A program made the translations under genes and the position numbers. This document shows positions 24,631 to 33,930 of a DNA stretch of 64,000 bases, piece by piece. The DNA is from an uncultured Candidatus Saccharibacteria bacterium. GTDB taxonomy: Bacteria > Patescibacteriota > Saccharimonadia > Saccharimonadales > Saccharimonadaceae. The notes beneath the pieces were generated by a model. The model saw only the letters and a list, made by a program, of their open reading frames with translations, was not told where the DNA came from and searched no databases. The first letter of the stretch is position 1; every line of letters begins with the position of its first letter. Where the stretch lies: assembly GCA_964483335.1 (NCBI GenBank), contig CAZAAA010000002.1, forward strand, positions 852 through 64,851, written 5' to 3'.

Positions 24631-26025
24631 CTAATAATCTTCTACTAACGGGAATTCATGCCCAGCAATACTGATAATGCTGTCAGGTTTAGCCCCTTTA
24701 CTAGTGAGCTCAGCACGAATGCCAAGTTTTTTTATAATATCACGAAGGCGATTGAGACTGGCGTAATTATCGTAGTCGGTGCGACGAGCGAATTTTTCAA
24801 TTTTTTCGCCAGTGATGACGAATTTTCCGTCCTGCTCGGTGATTTGCCAGGTGTCGCTTAGTGCGTTGCTAGAGAGAGTAATGGTGGGGATAGTGGGGTT
24901 GCGCACATCAGTGCCCGCGGACGCGCTCGCGACACCCGCCGTCGCGGGGTCGCGCCGTTCGTACTCGGTCGTGACCTGCGCACCGCCGCGGACATCCGAT
25001 GTGCTAGTAGCTGCGCTATCCCCACTCTGTATACTCTCTAGTAATGCACGAAGTAGCTCGTCTAAACCTTGATGAGCCTGGGCGGAGATGGTGTAGATTT
25101 TTGCATCGGGATTCTCCCGCAAAATAGCAGCGGTTTGCATGGCGATAATCTCTGGATCTAGGCCTTCGCACTTGGTCAAAGCAACAATTTCCGGACGAGA
25201 GGCCAGATTAGAATATTTCTCTAGCTCGTTCCGGATAGTCTTGTAAGCCTTACCTGCGTCATCATTATAAACATCTACGAGGTGCAACAAAACGGCAGTA
25301 CGGTCAACATGGCGTAGGAAATCATGCCCTAATCCTTTCCCGTCCGCAGCACCCTCAATTAGACCAGGGATATCGGCGATTAATAGATCATGATTGTCGA
25401 TTGTAGCAATACCAAGATTGGGGGTAATTGTAGTAAAGTGGTAGTTAGCAATTTCTGGTTTAGCATTAGTAACCACAGAGAGAAAAGTAGATTTACCAGC
25501 GTTTGGAAGGCCAACGAGGCCAACATCGGCTAGGAGTTTTAGCTCCAGCTCGGCTTCAAATTCCTCGCCGGGTTCGCCAACTTCATGAATAATAGGAGTT
25601 TGGCGAGTGCTGGATTTAAAATGAGCATTACCAAAACCGCCGGTGCCGCCATGGGCAATAATGGCACGTTGGCCGTGCTCTGTCAAGTCAGCTAATTGCG
25701 TTTTATCAGGGCTCCCGTTCTCTGTGTCACTCCTACGCCAAACTACGGTTCCAACGGGCACCTCTACGATTAAATCGCGACCAGAACGGCCAGCAGCACG
25801 CTGACCGGCACCGTTTTTACCATCTTCTGCAACGAGAATGGGGTTGTAACGAAAGTTGAGCAAAGTATCCGTATCTTTATCAGCTACAAAAACAATATTT
25901 CCGCCGCGTCCGCCATCGCCACCGTCTGGGCCACCCTTAGGAATGTAAATTTCATGCCGAAATGAGACGGCGCCATCGCCACCTTTGCCAGCTTTTAGAC
26001 TAACTTTAGCGGTATCTATAAACAT
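24631..26025 (-). CDS. obgE: GTPase ObgE with GC-rich in-frame insertion before the C-terminal domain
   Basis: MFIDTAK start, GGPDGGDGG, VGLVGLPNAGKST, ADIPGLIEGA; DUF1967-like C-terminus. Confidence 0.96.
   Translation of the reverse strand: MFIDTAKVSLKAGKGGDGAVSFRHEIYIPKGGPDGGDGGRGGNIVFVADKDTDTLLNFRYNPILVAEDGKNGAGQRAAGRSGRDLIVEVPVGTVVWRRSDTENGSPDKTQLADLTEHGQRAIIAHGGTGGFGNAHFKSSTRQTPIIHEVGEPGEEFEAELELKLLADVGLVGLPNAGKSTFLSVVTNAKPEIANYHFTTITPNLGIATIDNHDLLIADIPGLIEGAADGKGLGHDFLRHVDRTAVLLHLVDVYNDDAGKAYKTIRNELEKYSNLASRPEIVALTKCEGLDPEIIAMQTAAILRENPDAKIYTISAQAHQGLDELLRALLESIQSGDSAATSTSDVRGGAQVTTEYERRDPATAGVASASAGTDVRNPTIPTITLSSNALSDTWQITEQDGKFVITGEKIEKFARRTDYDNYASLNRLRDIIKKLGIRAELTSKGAKPDSIISIAGHEFPLVEDY
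24903..25004. repeat. 102-bp GC-rich palindromic element inside obgE
   Basis: 7-bp terminal inverted repeats GCACATC/GATGTGC, about 74% GC, internal hairpins, length divisible by 3. Confidence 0.55.
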
Positions 26026-26027
26026 AA

Positions 26028-27113
26028 TTACTTCTTCCCGTGAACAAATTGCCAAGAGGCCCATTCGCTGCGATCTACCGTCCGAGTGCCAACCCGACCC
26101 CAACCAGCCTGGCCATTCATATCAGTAATAGTAATGGAGCCGTCAGCGTTAACTGAGTTGACGATACCAACATGGCCATAGTAGCCAGCGTAAGAGACGA
26201 AGACGTCGCCATAAGCCGGAGATTTGTCTACGTTATAGCTACTGCGCAAAGAGTTGGCCCAGGTACTAGCGTTGCCAAGACCGCCGGGGAGAGTGTAACT
26301 ATCGCCCATATTATCATGGCGCCACTGCCAGGCGTACCAAGTACACCAGCCCCAAGGCATTTGGTTGGACGAAGTCCAGTAGGTACGAGTAGAGCTATAG
26401 TTGCTTGAGGAAGAACGCGAAGAAGCAGGAGCAGTATATTCTGGACGTTCAGTCTCCGGAAGCTCGCCAGAAGGAATTGTAATAGTCATACCCTCTTGCA
26501 AGCAATCCGTAGTAGCGGGACAGTTGTGAGCCACAATATTTTCCGCGTCAGAATTGTACTTGCTGGCTATAGAGGTAGCGGTTTCGTTCTTCTTGACGAT
26601 ATAGACAATACCTGGGACAGAAGGAATTTTTAGCTGGTAACCCTCGGCGATATTGTCATTCTTGAGACCATTTGACCAGCGCAGCTGGGTAGTAGTGACA
26701 CCACAATGGTTAGCAATGCTCTCTAGAGTTTCACCCGCCTTAACAGTATAAACTTCGTCACAAACTACGTCGGAAACATCTACGATATCAGGTTTTTCCA
26801 GTTTTTCTACGCTAGTCTGACCAGTATCGCGCATCACGGAGAGGGAGTTGTAGTTAACGTTGACTGCCTCAGCGGTAGGAAGAGAAAGCGAGGATGCCAG
26901 TTCTGAGACCATATAGAACTGAGAAATCTGATCTGCGGAGACGTTGAAATTGTCTGCCGCAATAGATTCCATATTCATACTGTTTTCCAGGTCTGGAGAC
27001 TTATCTAATGAGCCGTAAAAAACTAAGCCCAAAATCAAAACGGCAGCAGTGATATAAGGAAAAGCCCGTTTAAAAAACTTTTTCCCTACCTTTTTCTTAT
27101 TGTTCTTTGTCAT
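26028..27113 (-). CDS. LysM x2 + CHAP domain peptidoglycan hydrolase
   Basis: N-terminal TM, two LysM repeats (YTVKAGETL, YIVKKNETA), CHAP GWCTWYA...GHVGIV. Confidence 0.9.
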   Translation of the reverse strand: MTKNNKKKVGKKFFKRAFPYITAAVLILGLVFYGSLDKSPDLENSMNMESIAADNFNVSADQISQFYMVSELASSLSLPTAEAVNVNYNSLSVMRDTGQTSVEKLEKPDIVDVSDVVCDEVYTVKAGETLESIANHCGVTTTQLRWSNGLKNDNIAEGYQLKIPSVPGIVYIVKKNETATSIASKYNSDAENIVAHNCPATTDCLQEGMTITIPSGELPETERPEYTAPASSRSSSSNYSSTRTYWTSSNQMPWGWCTWYAWQWRHDNMGDSYTLPGGLGNASTWANSLRSSYNVDKSPAYGDVFVSYAGYYGHVGIVNSVNADGSITITDMNGQAGWGRVGTRTVDRSEWASWQFVHGKK

Positions 27114-28801
27114 AATCCTACGTTACAGAGCTGCTGGCAATGGTCACGAGCGTTCTGGTTATGCTCAGCCTCTGTGTAACTATAATACATCTTTCCATCG
27201 TCTCCTGTCAAGAAGTAAAGGTAATTCGTCTCTGTAGGATGCGCTACGGCCAGGAGAGCAGAAATGCCAGGATTACTGATTGGCCCAGGGGGGAGACCGT
27301 TATATTTACGAGTATTGTAATAAGAATCTATCTCTAGAATAGCGGCGTTATCGATGTAAGTAATACGTTCCGGATCTAGAAAATCTGCAGCATAAGTAGC
27401 TGTAACATCGGAACCCAGCGGAATTCCCTGTTTCAGACGAGAGAGAAAAACCTGAGCCACAGTGGCCTGATCGTCGGACTTGGCTTCTTTTTGGACGATG
27501 CTAGCAAGAGTGATCCCCTGGTGTAAAGTGAGATTTTGATCTTGATAGAGCTTAATTAGATTATTATCCTGTACTACTTTGTACATTTCGTCTAGAGCGC
27601 GCATAATGATATCTTCTACGGTAGCGTCATTATAGAATTCATAAGTCTCACCAAAGAGATAGCCCTCTAGACGCAGAGAGTCAGGAACGGAACCGTCTGT
27701 CGGGACAGTAGCAAGCACTGGATTGTCATACTTTTTCAGGAAAGCAGCTTCCACCTCTGATTCTTTGTAACCCTGTTTGATAAGTTTTTTCTTGATACTG
27801 GCAAGAGTTTCCCCAGGGAGAATAGTGAAGGTAAAGACGTTGGAATCGGCGGCGCCTTTAACCATTTTGTCGATAATATCAGGGGCAGACATGACCTTTC
27901 TAAGGCTATATTCGCCAACTTTTAGTTCATTATCGTGGCCAGACAGGCGGGCGTTAATTTGGAAAGCTAAGGAATTTTTAATCAAGCCAGCAGAGGCCAG
28001 ATTGTCGGCAATTTGGCTAACTGAGTCGTTATCTTTAACCATAAACTTGACATATTGGCAAGCTTCTGGTATATTATTAGTTTCAGAGTTAGTCTCCGGG
28101 CAGGTTACGCCGGTAACAGGTGCTTCTAGGTTACTAACATACCAGTTATAGGCTACAAATCCACCGGCGCCAAGAGTAACTATTAAAATGAGGAAGATAA
28201 TGACTAATTTTTTCACGAGACTAGAACCTTTTTTCTTACTTTTAGTGGGATGAACCGTGGCTTTTTTATTGGCCTGGGCCAGCTCTTGTTGCTCGGCGGC
28301 TAAAATCTCATTCGCAGCAGTTTCCAGATCTGGCTCATCGTTAAAAGCTTTGGTCATACTCTGGGCCAGAGCAGCAGAATTAGTAGTGCCATGAGACGGC
28401 GGAGCAAAGCTCTCAATAAAATCTTGCAGGATAATAGTGGCAGCCTCAGCGTCGATTTCGCCTTTTTGGTAGGACTTTTTGCGAGCCTTGAGACGCTTTT
28501 CTGCTTCTACGGACGTAAGAGTTTCGTCCTGAAAACGGATACGGGCATGCGGAATAGTGCCTTTTAACCTTTTGGCGAATTCACGGACGTAGGCGGACTG
28601 AGCGGTCTCTACGCCTTTAACATTACGCGGCATACCAATCACAAACAGAGTAGTATTGTAGAGGTTTGACAGGCGCGCTAGTTCAGTGAACTCTTGGCCA
28701 TTGACGATAATTATGCCATCTGGCACCGCTATACGCACCGAGGTATCAACTTTGGCTACGCCGATGCGCTTTGTACCTACGTCTAGCCCAATAATCTTCA
28801 T
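27110..28801 (-). CDS. mltG: Fusion of RuvX/YqgF nuclease and endolytic transglycosylase MltG
   Basis: N-terminus GLDVGTKRIGVA...DETLTSVEA...DAEAATIIL; TM helix; C-terminus LEGYLF, LASIVQKEA, YNT...LPPGPISNPG, YLYF. Confidence 0.9.
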   Translation of the reverse strand: MKIIGLDVGTKRIGVAKVDTSVRIAVPDGIIIVNGQEFTELARLSNLYNTTLFVIGMPRNVKGVETAQSAYVREFAKRLKGTIPHARIRFQDETLTSVEAEKRLKARKKSYQKGEIDAEAATIILQDFIESFAPPSHGTTNSAALAQSMTKAFNDEPDLETAANEILAAEQQELAQANKKATVHPTKSKKKGSSLVKKLVIIFLILIVTLGAGGFVAYNWYVSNLEAPVTGVTCPETNSETNNIPEACQYVKFMVKDNDSVSQIADNLASAGLIKNSLAFQINARLSGHDNELKVGEYSLRKVMSAPDIIDKMVKGAADSNVFTFTILPGETLASIKKKLIKQGYKESEVEAAFLKKYDNPVLATVPTDGSVPDSLRLEGYLFGETYEFYNDATVEDIIMRALDEMYKVVQDNNLIKLYQDQNLTLHQGITLASIVQKEAKSDDQATVAQVFLSRLKQGIPLGSDVTATYAADFLDPERITYIDNAAILEIDSYYNTRKYNGLPPGPISNPGISALLAVAHPTETNYLYFLTGDDGKMYYSYTEAEHNQNARDHCQQLCNVGL

Positions 28802-28802
28802 A

Positions 28803-30482
28803 TTAGTCCTCCTGCTTGATATCTATAGTAATGCGGTTGTCATCTGTAGGGATGGTGCCAACCCAGAAGAAGCTGGTGTCTACGTTGACGTTACTAATGC
28901 CATTGATAGATTTAAGCAAGGTGACGACCCGACCGACTTTCTGGCCTTTAACCTTTTCTAAGATCTCTTCTTCGGTGACCTTAGGGCCGGTCTGATAAGT
29001 GGTTTTGAGTTTAGCACTGTAGCTACCGTTGTTGTCAGTGAAGCGCTCCAAGAATGGGTTGCCGGTGCTGTAGATTTTTTGGTCAGAGGCAAGAGTTTCG
29101 CCAACTTTTTTAGTAATAAACTCGTCCAGAGCGGTCTTGTCTACGCCAAACATGCTATAAATAGTGGTGATAGAAAGCTTAGGCGTGACACCGTCTTTGA
29201 CTTCTTCGCCAACGGCGGGGGTGGAAACGAGATTGCCGGCGGACTGTTTATAGCTGCTATCAATCGCAAGCATGTCTTTGAATTTTTCTTCTAGTTTAGC
29301 CTTACCGTCTCCGGAAGTTTCAAGTTTGGTCTTGGCGGCGTCAACATCTGATTGCTGGACGACGGTGATTTCTTTAGTACTACCACCAGAGAAAGCGTTG
29401 GGATTGGAAGCGGTGACTCCGGTAACTGGAGAATTCCAAGAAGTGTTAGCTGGGATGTTATATTTATCACCCACATCGCTTGCGGTTGCGGGGACGGTAG
29501 CGGTGATTCTACAACCGGCGCCATCGGAGTAGTCATCAGCTGAACAGCCAGTTTCACCCTTGGTACTAAAAGTGATTGCTTTGTCCGTAGTAAAAGCAAG
29601 AGAGGAAGGTGTAGTAAAAGTAGTACCAGCTGAGACAGTAACTTCCTTGCCGGTAGTAGATTCTTTCAGAATAGCAACGAGAGTCAGCGAACCTTTAGCT
29701 TTGTCGCCAACGTCTTTCTTGCCGGTAGCAGTGAATTCCGTAGATGCCGGGTCTTCCACCTTCTGTTCTTCTAGGAAGAACTTGCCGGCAGTATTATCTT
29801 TAGCGTTGGCATCAGTAGTAAACGTGACGTTTTCAGCAAAGCTATTAGAAGTGGTACGGATAGTAGCGGTAATCTTAGCGGACGGAGCGATAAACATGGC
29901 CCAAATCAGAAAACCAATCAAAAACACCACCGCTACGGCGCCAATAATAATCCATTTGCGATATTTTTCTAGAGCTGGGACCTTAGCGTTTTTGTTCTTT
30001 TTCTTGTCTTTTTTATCCTTTTTGTCCTGATCCTGCTCCAACTCCTCGGAATTGAGCTCCGTAGCGTCGTCTTTTTTTGCGGAATTTTGGTCGGAATTTT
30101 CGGAGTTCTCGCCCGCGGTGGAATCAGCCTGCTCCTCAGCAGAGCTTTCGTCATTTTCGTCTATAACGTCTTCGTCTTTCTGGGTAGTTGGGGCATCTTC
30201 TAATTCTTCCGGCATGACTGGGCGCGACTGCAGGGTCTTAGCAATAGGGATGCCGGCAGTAGCAGAAAGTTTAATTAGCGACTGGTCGGTAGTGACCATC
30301 ACAACAGCCTTATCAGCGGATTTGGCAGTTTTAGCAATCAGTTTTGTGTTCACGGCACTACGCAGAACACCAAGTTTTTTGGGCGGAACGAGTGCTACGA
30401 CTTTTTGTTTGGCGGTTTTGATACGGTTAATGATATCAGTAATATCATCTTCCGGCTCTATATAAATCACGTCCTTATTCAT
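28803..30482 (-). CDS. Membrane-anchored protein with baseplate J-like domain (type common in CPR)
   Basis: DVIYIEPEDDIT N-terminal domain, TM helix, ATGKKDVGDKAKG...AGT.F...VPATASDVGDKYNI motifs; start at 30482 after TAAAAT. Confidence 0.7.
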   Translation of the reverse strand: MNKDVIYIEPEDDITDIINRIKTAKQKVVALVPPKKLGVLRSAVNTKLIAKTAKSADKAVVMVTTDQSLIKLSATAGIPIAKTLQSRPVMPEELEDAPTTQKDEDVIDENDESSAEEQADSTAGENSENSDQNSAKKDDATELNSEELEQDQDKKDKKDKKKNKNAKVPALEKYRKWIIIGAVAVVFLIGFLIWAMFIAPSAKITATIRTTSNSFAENVTFTTDANAKDNTAGKFFLEEQKVEDPASTEFTATGKKDVGDKAKGSLTLVAILKESTTGKEVTVSAGTTFTTPSSLAFTTDKAITFSTKGETGCSADDYSDGAGCRITATVPATASDVGDKYNIPANTSWNSPVTGVTASNPNAFSGGSTKEITVVQQSDVDAAKTKLETSGDGKAKLEEKFKDMLAIDSSYKQSAGNLVSTPAVGEEVKDGVTPKLSITTIYSMFGVDKTALDEFITKKVGETLASDQKIYSTGNPFLERFTDNNGSYSAKLKTTYQTGPKVTEEEILEKVKGQKVGRVVTLLKSINGISNVNVDTSFFWVGTIPTDDNRITIDIKQED

Positions 30483-30531
30483 AGTATCTATTTTAGCACA
30501 AATTATAATGTTTGTGTTAAAATAGTAGTAG

Positions 30532-31839
30532 ATGAAATTGCCTAGTATTTTTGGTAAAAAAGAGACTGCAAAGAATCCGGCGGTGCCAGCACAAGATGGC
30601 TTAGCAGACAAGGTGCTGAATTCTATTGGTGAAGGGGTGTTGATTGTTGATGCGCGCAATGTAATCCAGATGATAAACCCGGCAGCAGTGTTGATGACTG
30701 GCTGTGGCGCGGCGGAGAATGCCCTAAATTTAGAGATTGGCACGGTGTTGCATTTTGAAAATGGGCAAGGGATGAAAATTGAAGACAATGCTAATTTAGT
30801 ATTAGCAGCACTTGCGCGCGGAGAAGCTTTTTCGACGAGAGATTATATCATGATTACGGCGCAAGGACAGAAAAAACCAGTGGCGGTAACAATTGTACCG
30901 ATGGGTGGGATTGGGAATGAAAAAATTATTACCTTGCGCGATATCAGCAAGGAACGCGAGGAAGAAGGTGCGCAAATGGAGTTTATCTCTACGGCTAGTC
31001 ACGAAATGCGTACGCCAGTAGCGTCAATCGAAGGGTATTTAGGGCTGGCGCTAAACCCGCAAACAGCGACAATTGATGAACGGGCGCGAAAATACTTAGA
31101 GGAGGCGCACGCTTCATCTAAACACCTAGGTAAGCTGTTCCAGGATCTGCTAGATACGACTAAACTGGATGACAATAAAATAAAGGTACACATGGTGCCA
31201 GTGGAAATGACTGCACTAGTACGGAATATTGTGGATGGGCAGATTCCGGCAATTGGAGCAAAGGGGTTGCAATATTCTTTCGGTTCGCCAGACGCGCGGA
31301 ACGGAATAAATGTAGAACAGCTAATTTATGCGTCTGTAGACGTAGATTTCCTGCGTGAGGTGGTGAATAATTTATTAGAAAATGCTATAAAATATACGCC
31401 TTCTGGAGGGGCGATTTGGGTGAATGTGCGGGGGGACGGCGACAAAGTGCTGATAAATGTGACGGACAGTGGAATTGGGATTTCTCCGGAAGACCTAAAA
31501 CACATTTTCCAAAAATTTTACCGGGTGGACAACTCACAGACGCGAGAAATTGGGGGAACTGGGTTGGGGCTATATCTAGTGAAGCAGCGCGTGGAAGCAA
31601 TGGGCGGAACAGTTTGGGCAGAATCGTCGTTTGGGGATGGTTCGACATTTTATATTTCCCTGCCAAGATTGACTGCGGAAGAGTATGAACGGCGGAAGCA
31701 AATCATGGCAAATCAGCAGATGATGGGCGGGACGGCCGTAGCGATGGCACGGCCAGTGCCAGCCACACCGCAGCCGGTAGCTACAGCTAGTCAAGCACCA
31801 GCGGCAGCCAGTCCGGTGCCGCCGAATGTTGCAAAATAA
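30532..31839 (+). CDS. PAS-domain sensor histidine kinase (cytoplasmic)
   Basis: PAS (SIGEGVLIVD), H-box SHEMRTP, NLLENAIKYT, DSGIGI, GGTGLGL. Confidence 0.93.
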   Translation: MKLPSIFGKKETAKNPAVPAQDGLADKVLNSIGEGVLIVDARNVIQMINPAAVLMTGCGAAENALNLEIGTVLHFENGQGMKIEDNANLVLAALARGEAFSTRDYIMITAQGQKKPVAVTIVPMGGIGNEKIITLRDISKEREEEGAQMEFISTASHEMRTPVASIEGYLGLALNPQTATIDERARKYLEEAHASSKHLGKLFQDLLDTTKLDDNKIKVHMVPVEMTALVRNIVDGQIPAIGAKGLQYSFGSPDARNGINVEQLIYASVDVDFLREVVNNLLENAIKYTPSGGAIWVNVRGDGDKVLINVTDSGIGISPEDLKHIFQKFYRVDNSQTREIGGTGLGLYLVKQRVEAMGGTVWAESSFGDGSTFYISLPRLTAEEYERRKQIMANQQMMGGTAVAMARPVPATPQPVATASQAPAAASPVPPNVAK

Positions 31840-31866
31840 GCAAAAGTGCTATAGAATGGAGATAGT

Positions 31867-32412
31867 ATGACGAAAATAATGCTGGTAGAAGACGACCAAA
31901 GCCTAAGAGAGATTTACAGTATTCGTTTGACGGCGGAGGGATATGAGATTGTTTCTGCCGGTGACGGCGAAGAAGCCCTGGCAATGGCCGTACAAGAAAA
32001 ACCAGATTTGATTTTGTCGGACGTGATGATGCCGAAAATTTCCGGGTTTGATATGCTGGATATTTTGCGTTCTACGCCCGAGACAAAAGACATTAAGGTA
32101 ATCATGATGACTGCACTTTCTTCCGATGACCAGAAAGAGCGCGGAGAGAATTTGGGAGCAGACCGCTACTTAGTAAAGTCACAAGTAGGAATTGAAGATG
32201 TAGTAAATATGGTACATGAAGTACTGGGAGACGGGCCTGCGCCGGCAGCTCAAAATGCCAGTGCCGCTCCGGCTACACCAGCTCCGGTAACACCTACGAC
32301 TACTGCTTCGGTAGCGCCAGCAACCACCGCTCCGGCTCAGCCAACACCAGAGCCAGAGAAACAACCTTCTATGTCCGAACAAATGGATCAGCTCCTCAAT
32401 GGCAGTAAATAA
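31867..32412 (+). CDS. Response regulator receiver with Pro/Ala/Thr-rich tail and no output domain
   Basis: LVEDD, LILSDVMMPKISG, MTAL, YLVK motifs. Confidence 0.92.
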   Translation: MTKIMLVEDDQSLREIYSIRLTAEGYEIVSAGDGEEALAMAVQEKPDLILSDVMMPKISGFDMLDILRSTPETKDIKVIMMTALSSDDQKERGENLGADRYLVKSQVGIEDVVNMVHEVLGDGPAPAAQNASAAPATPAPVTPTTTASVAPATTAPAQPTPEPEKQPSMSEQMDQLLNGSK

Positions 32413-33097
32413 TCGCCCTGAAAAAGTTCGCTTGAACAAGTTTTTAGCAGAGCGAGTGGGCTTGTCCCGGAGAGAGGCTGATGACTTAATTGCAGCCGGG
32501 AAAGTATTAGTAGATGGTAGTCCGGCTACGCTTGGTGCTCGTATTGACAAAAATAGTAAAGTATGCTATAATGGTAAGTATATCCCCTTTGATGTGGGCT
32601 ATTCTTGCCTGATGCTAAACAAGCCGGTCGGCTATGTGTCTTCTAGACGACGGCAAGGTACTACACCAACGCTGTATGAACTACTACCGGGACAATATCA
32701 GTCGCTGAAAACCGTAGGGCGGCTAGACAAAGATAGCTCTGGGCTATTGCTTTTGACTAATGACGGGGATTTCGCCTACCAGATGACGCACCCGAAATTC
32801 GTAAAAGTGAAGGTTTACGAGGTTCTACTAGACCGTCCTTTGGAGCCCCTGCATCAGCAAATGATTGCAGATTTTGGGGTTGATTTACCAGACGGGCATA
32901 GCCAGTTGGGGCTAGTAGCGCTATCTGACGACCGAAGACGTTGGCAGGTAACAATGAGCGAGGGGCGCAATCGGCAGATTAGACGGACTTTTGCGGCGCT
33001 AGGGTATAGCGTAGTGAAATTGCACCGCATAGCTTTCGGGCCATATACGTTAGACGATTTAGCAGAGGGAAAGTACCGGACGGTGAAGAAAATCTAA
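32399..33097 (+). CDS. RsuA/RluB family rRNA pseudouridine synthase
   Basis: S4 domain (RLNKFLA...SRREAD), VGRLDKDSSGLLLLTNDG, EGRNRQIRR. Confidence 0.93.
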   Translation: MAVNNRPEKVRLNKFLAERVGLSRREADDLIAAGKVLVDGSPATLGARIDKNSKVCYNGKYIPFDVGYSCLMLNKPVGYVSSRRRQGTTPTLYELLPGQYQSLKTVGRLDKDSSGLLLLTNDGDFAYQMTHPKFVKVKVYEVLLDRPLEPLHQQMIADFGVDLPDGHSQLGLVALSDDRRRWQVTMSEGRNRQIRRTFAALGYSVVKLHRIAFGPYTLDDLAEGKYRTVKKI

Positions 33098-33098
33098 T

Positions 33099-33929
33099 TT
33101 ATATTGAAAATAGTTTCTCAGCGTTTTTAGTGGTCTGTGTAGCGATTTCATCAATGGTTTTATTAGTTTTTCTTGCCAGCCAAGTGGCAATATCTTTAAT
33201 ATGGGCCGGCTCATTGACTTGGCTGTGAAATGGCACCGGGGTCAGAAACGGCGCATCAGTTTCTAGCAAAATACGTTCTAGAGGAGGAAGCCCGGAAGGG
33301 TATAAGTTCATAAATGTGGCCATGCCGTTGACACCAACGTAGAAATCGTGATCAAGGGTCAGTTCAAGGTTTTTGGACGTGTCAGAAAAACTGTGCACTA
33401 CGGCATTCTTGATGTGCATATTGTCCACAATCGGCCAAAAATCAGCAAAAGCCGCCGAGGTGCGAACATGAAAAATGAGCGGTAAATCGTTCTTTGTTGC
33501 CAGTTCTAGCATTTGTTCTAAAAGTTTAATCTGTTTTCCGCGATTATAGCCTTCGGAATGATAGTCTAAACCAACCTCGCCAATTGCGATAGGGCGACCG
33601 GGCACGTTTTTTTCATGAGGTACGTCAGCGGGTTCCTCACCACCCACGAAGAAGCATGCATCAGTCTTCCGGTCGCACTCCTCAGGGTGGATGCCATAAG
33701 ACCAAAAGACGTTATCGTGCGCGGCGGCAAAATCGCGAGCCAGTAAACTATCTTCATGAGTACAGCCAACACAAACCATTTTTTCTACGTCAGCGGCGTG
33801 AGCGCGGTCTATAATTTTTTCTGGAATAAAATCGGCTGCGGTTTGCTCATTCCCCTGCGCTTGTTGACGAGAAATAGCAAAATTATAAGTATCGCGATCG
33901 TGAATATGGCAATGGGTATCTATTAGCAT
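33099..33929 (-). CDS. TatD family hydrolase
   Basis: DTHCH, GIHP, IGEVGLDY, HSF, LETDAPFL. Confidence 0.93.
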   Translation of the reverse strand: MLIDTHCHIHDRDTYNFAISRQQAQGNEQTAADFIPEKIIDRAHAADVEKMVCVGCTHEDSLLARDFAAAHDNVFWSYGIHPEECDRKTDACFFVGGEEPADVPHEKNVPGRPIAIGEVGLDYHSEGYNRGKQIKLLEQMLELATKNDLPLIFHVRTSAAFADFWPIVDNMHIKNAVVHSFSDTSKNLELTLDHDFYVGVNGMATFMNLYPSGLPPLERILLETDAPFLTPVPFHSQVNEPAHIKDIATWLARKTNKTIDEIATQTTKNAEKLFSI

Positions 33930-33930
33930 A

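Noticed and set aside
28803-30482. Baseplate J-like gene as a tailocin or prophage
   Set aside because: Membrane-anchored, embedded in a housekeeping operon, no other tail or baseplate genes
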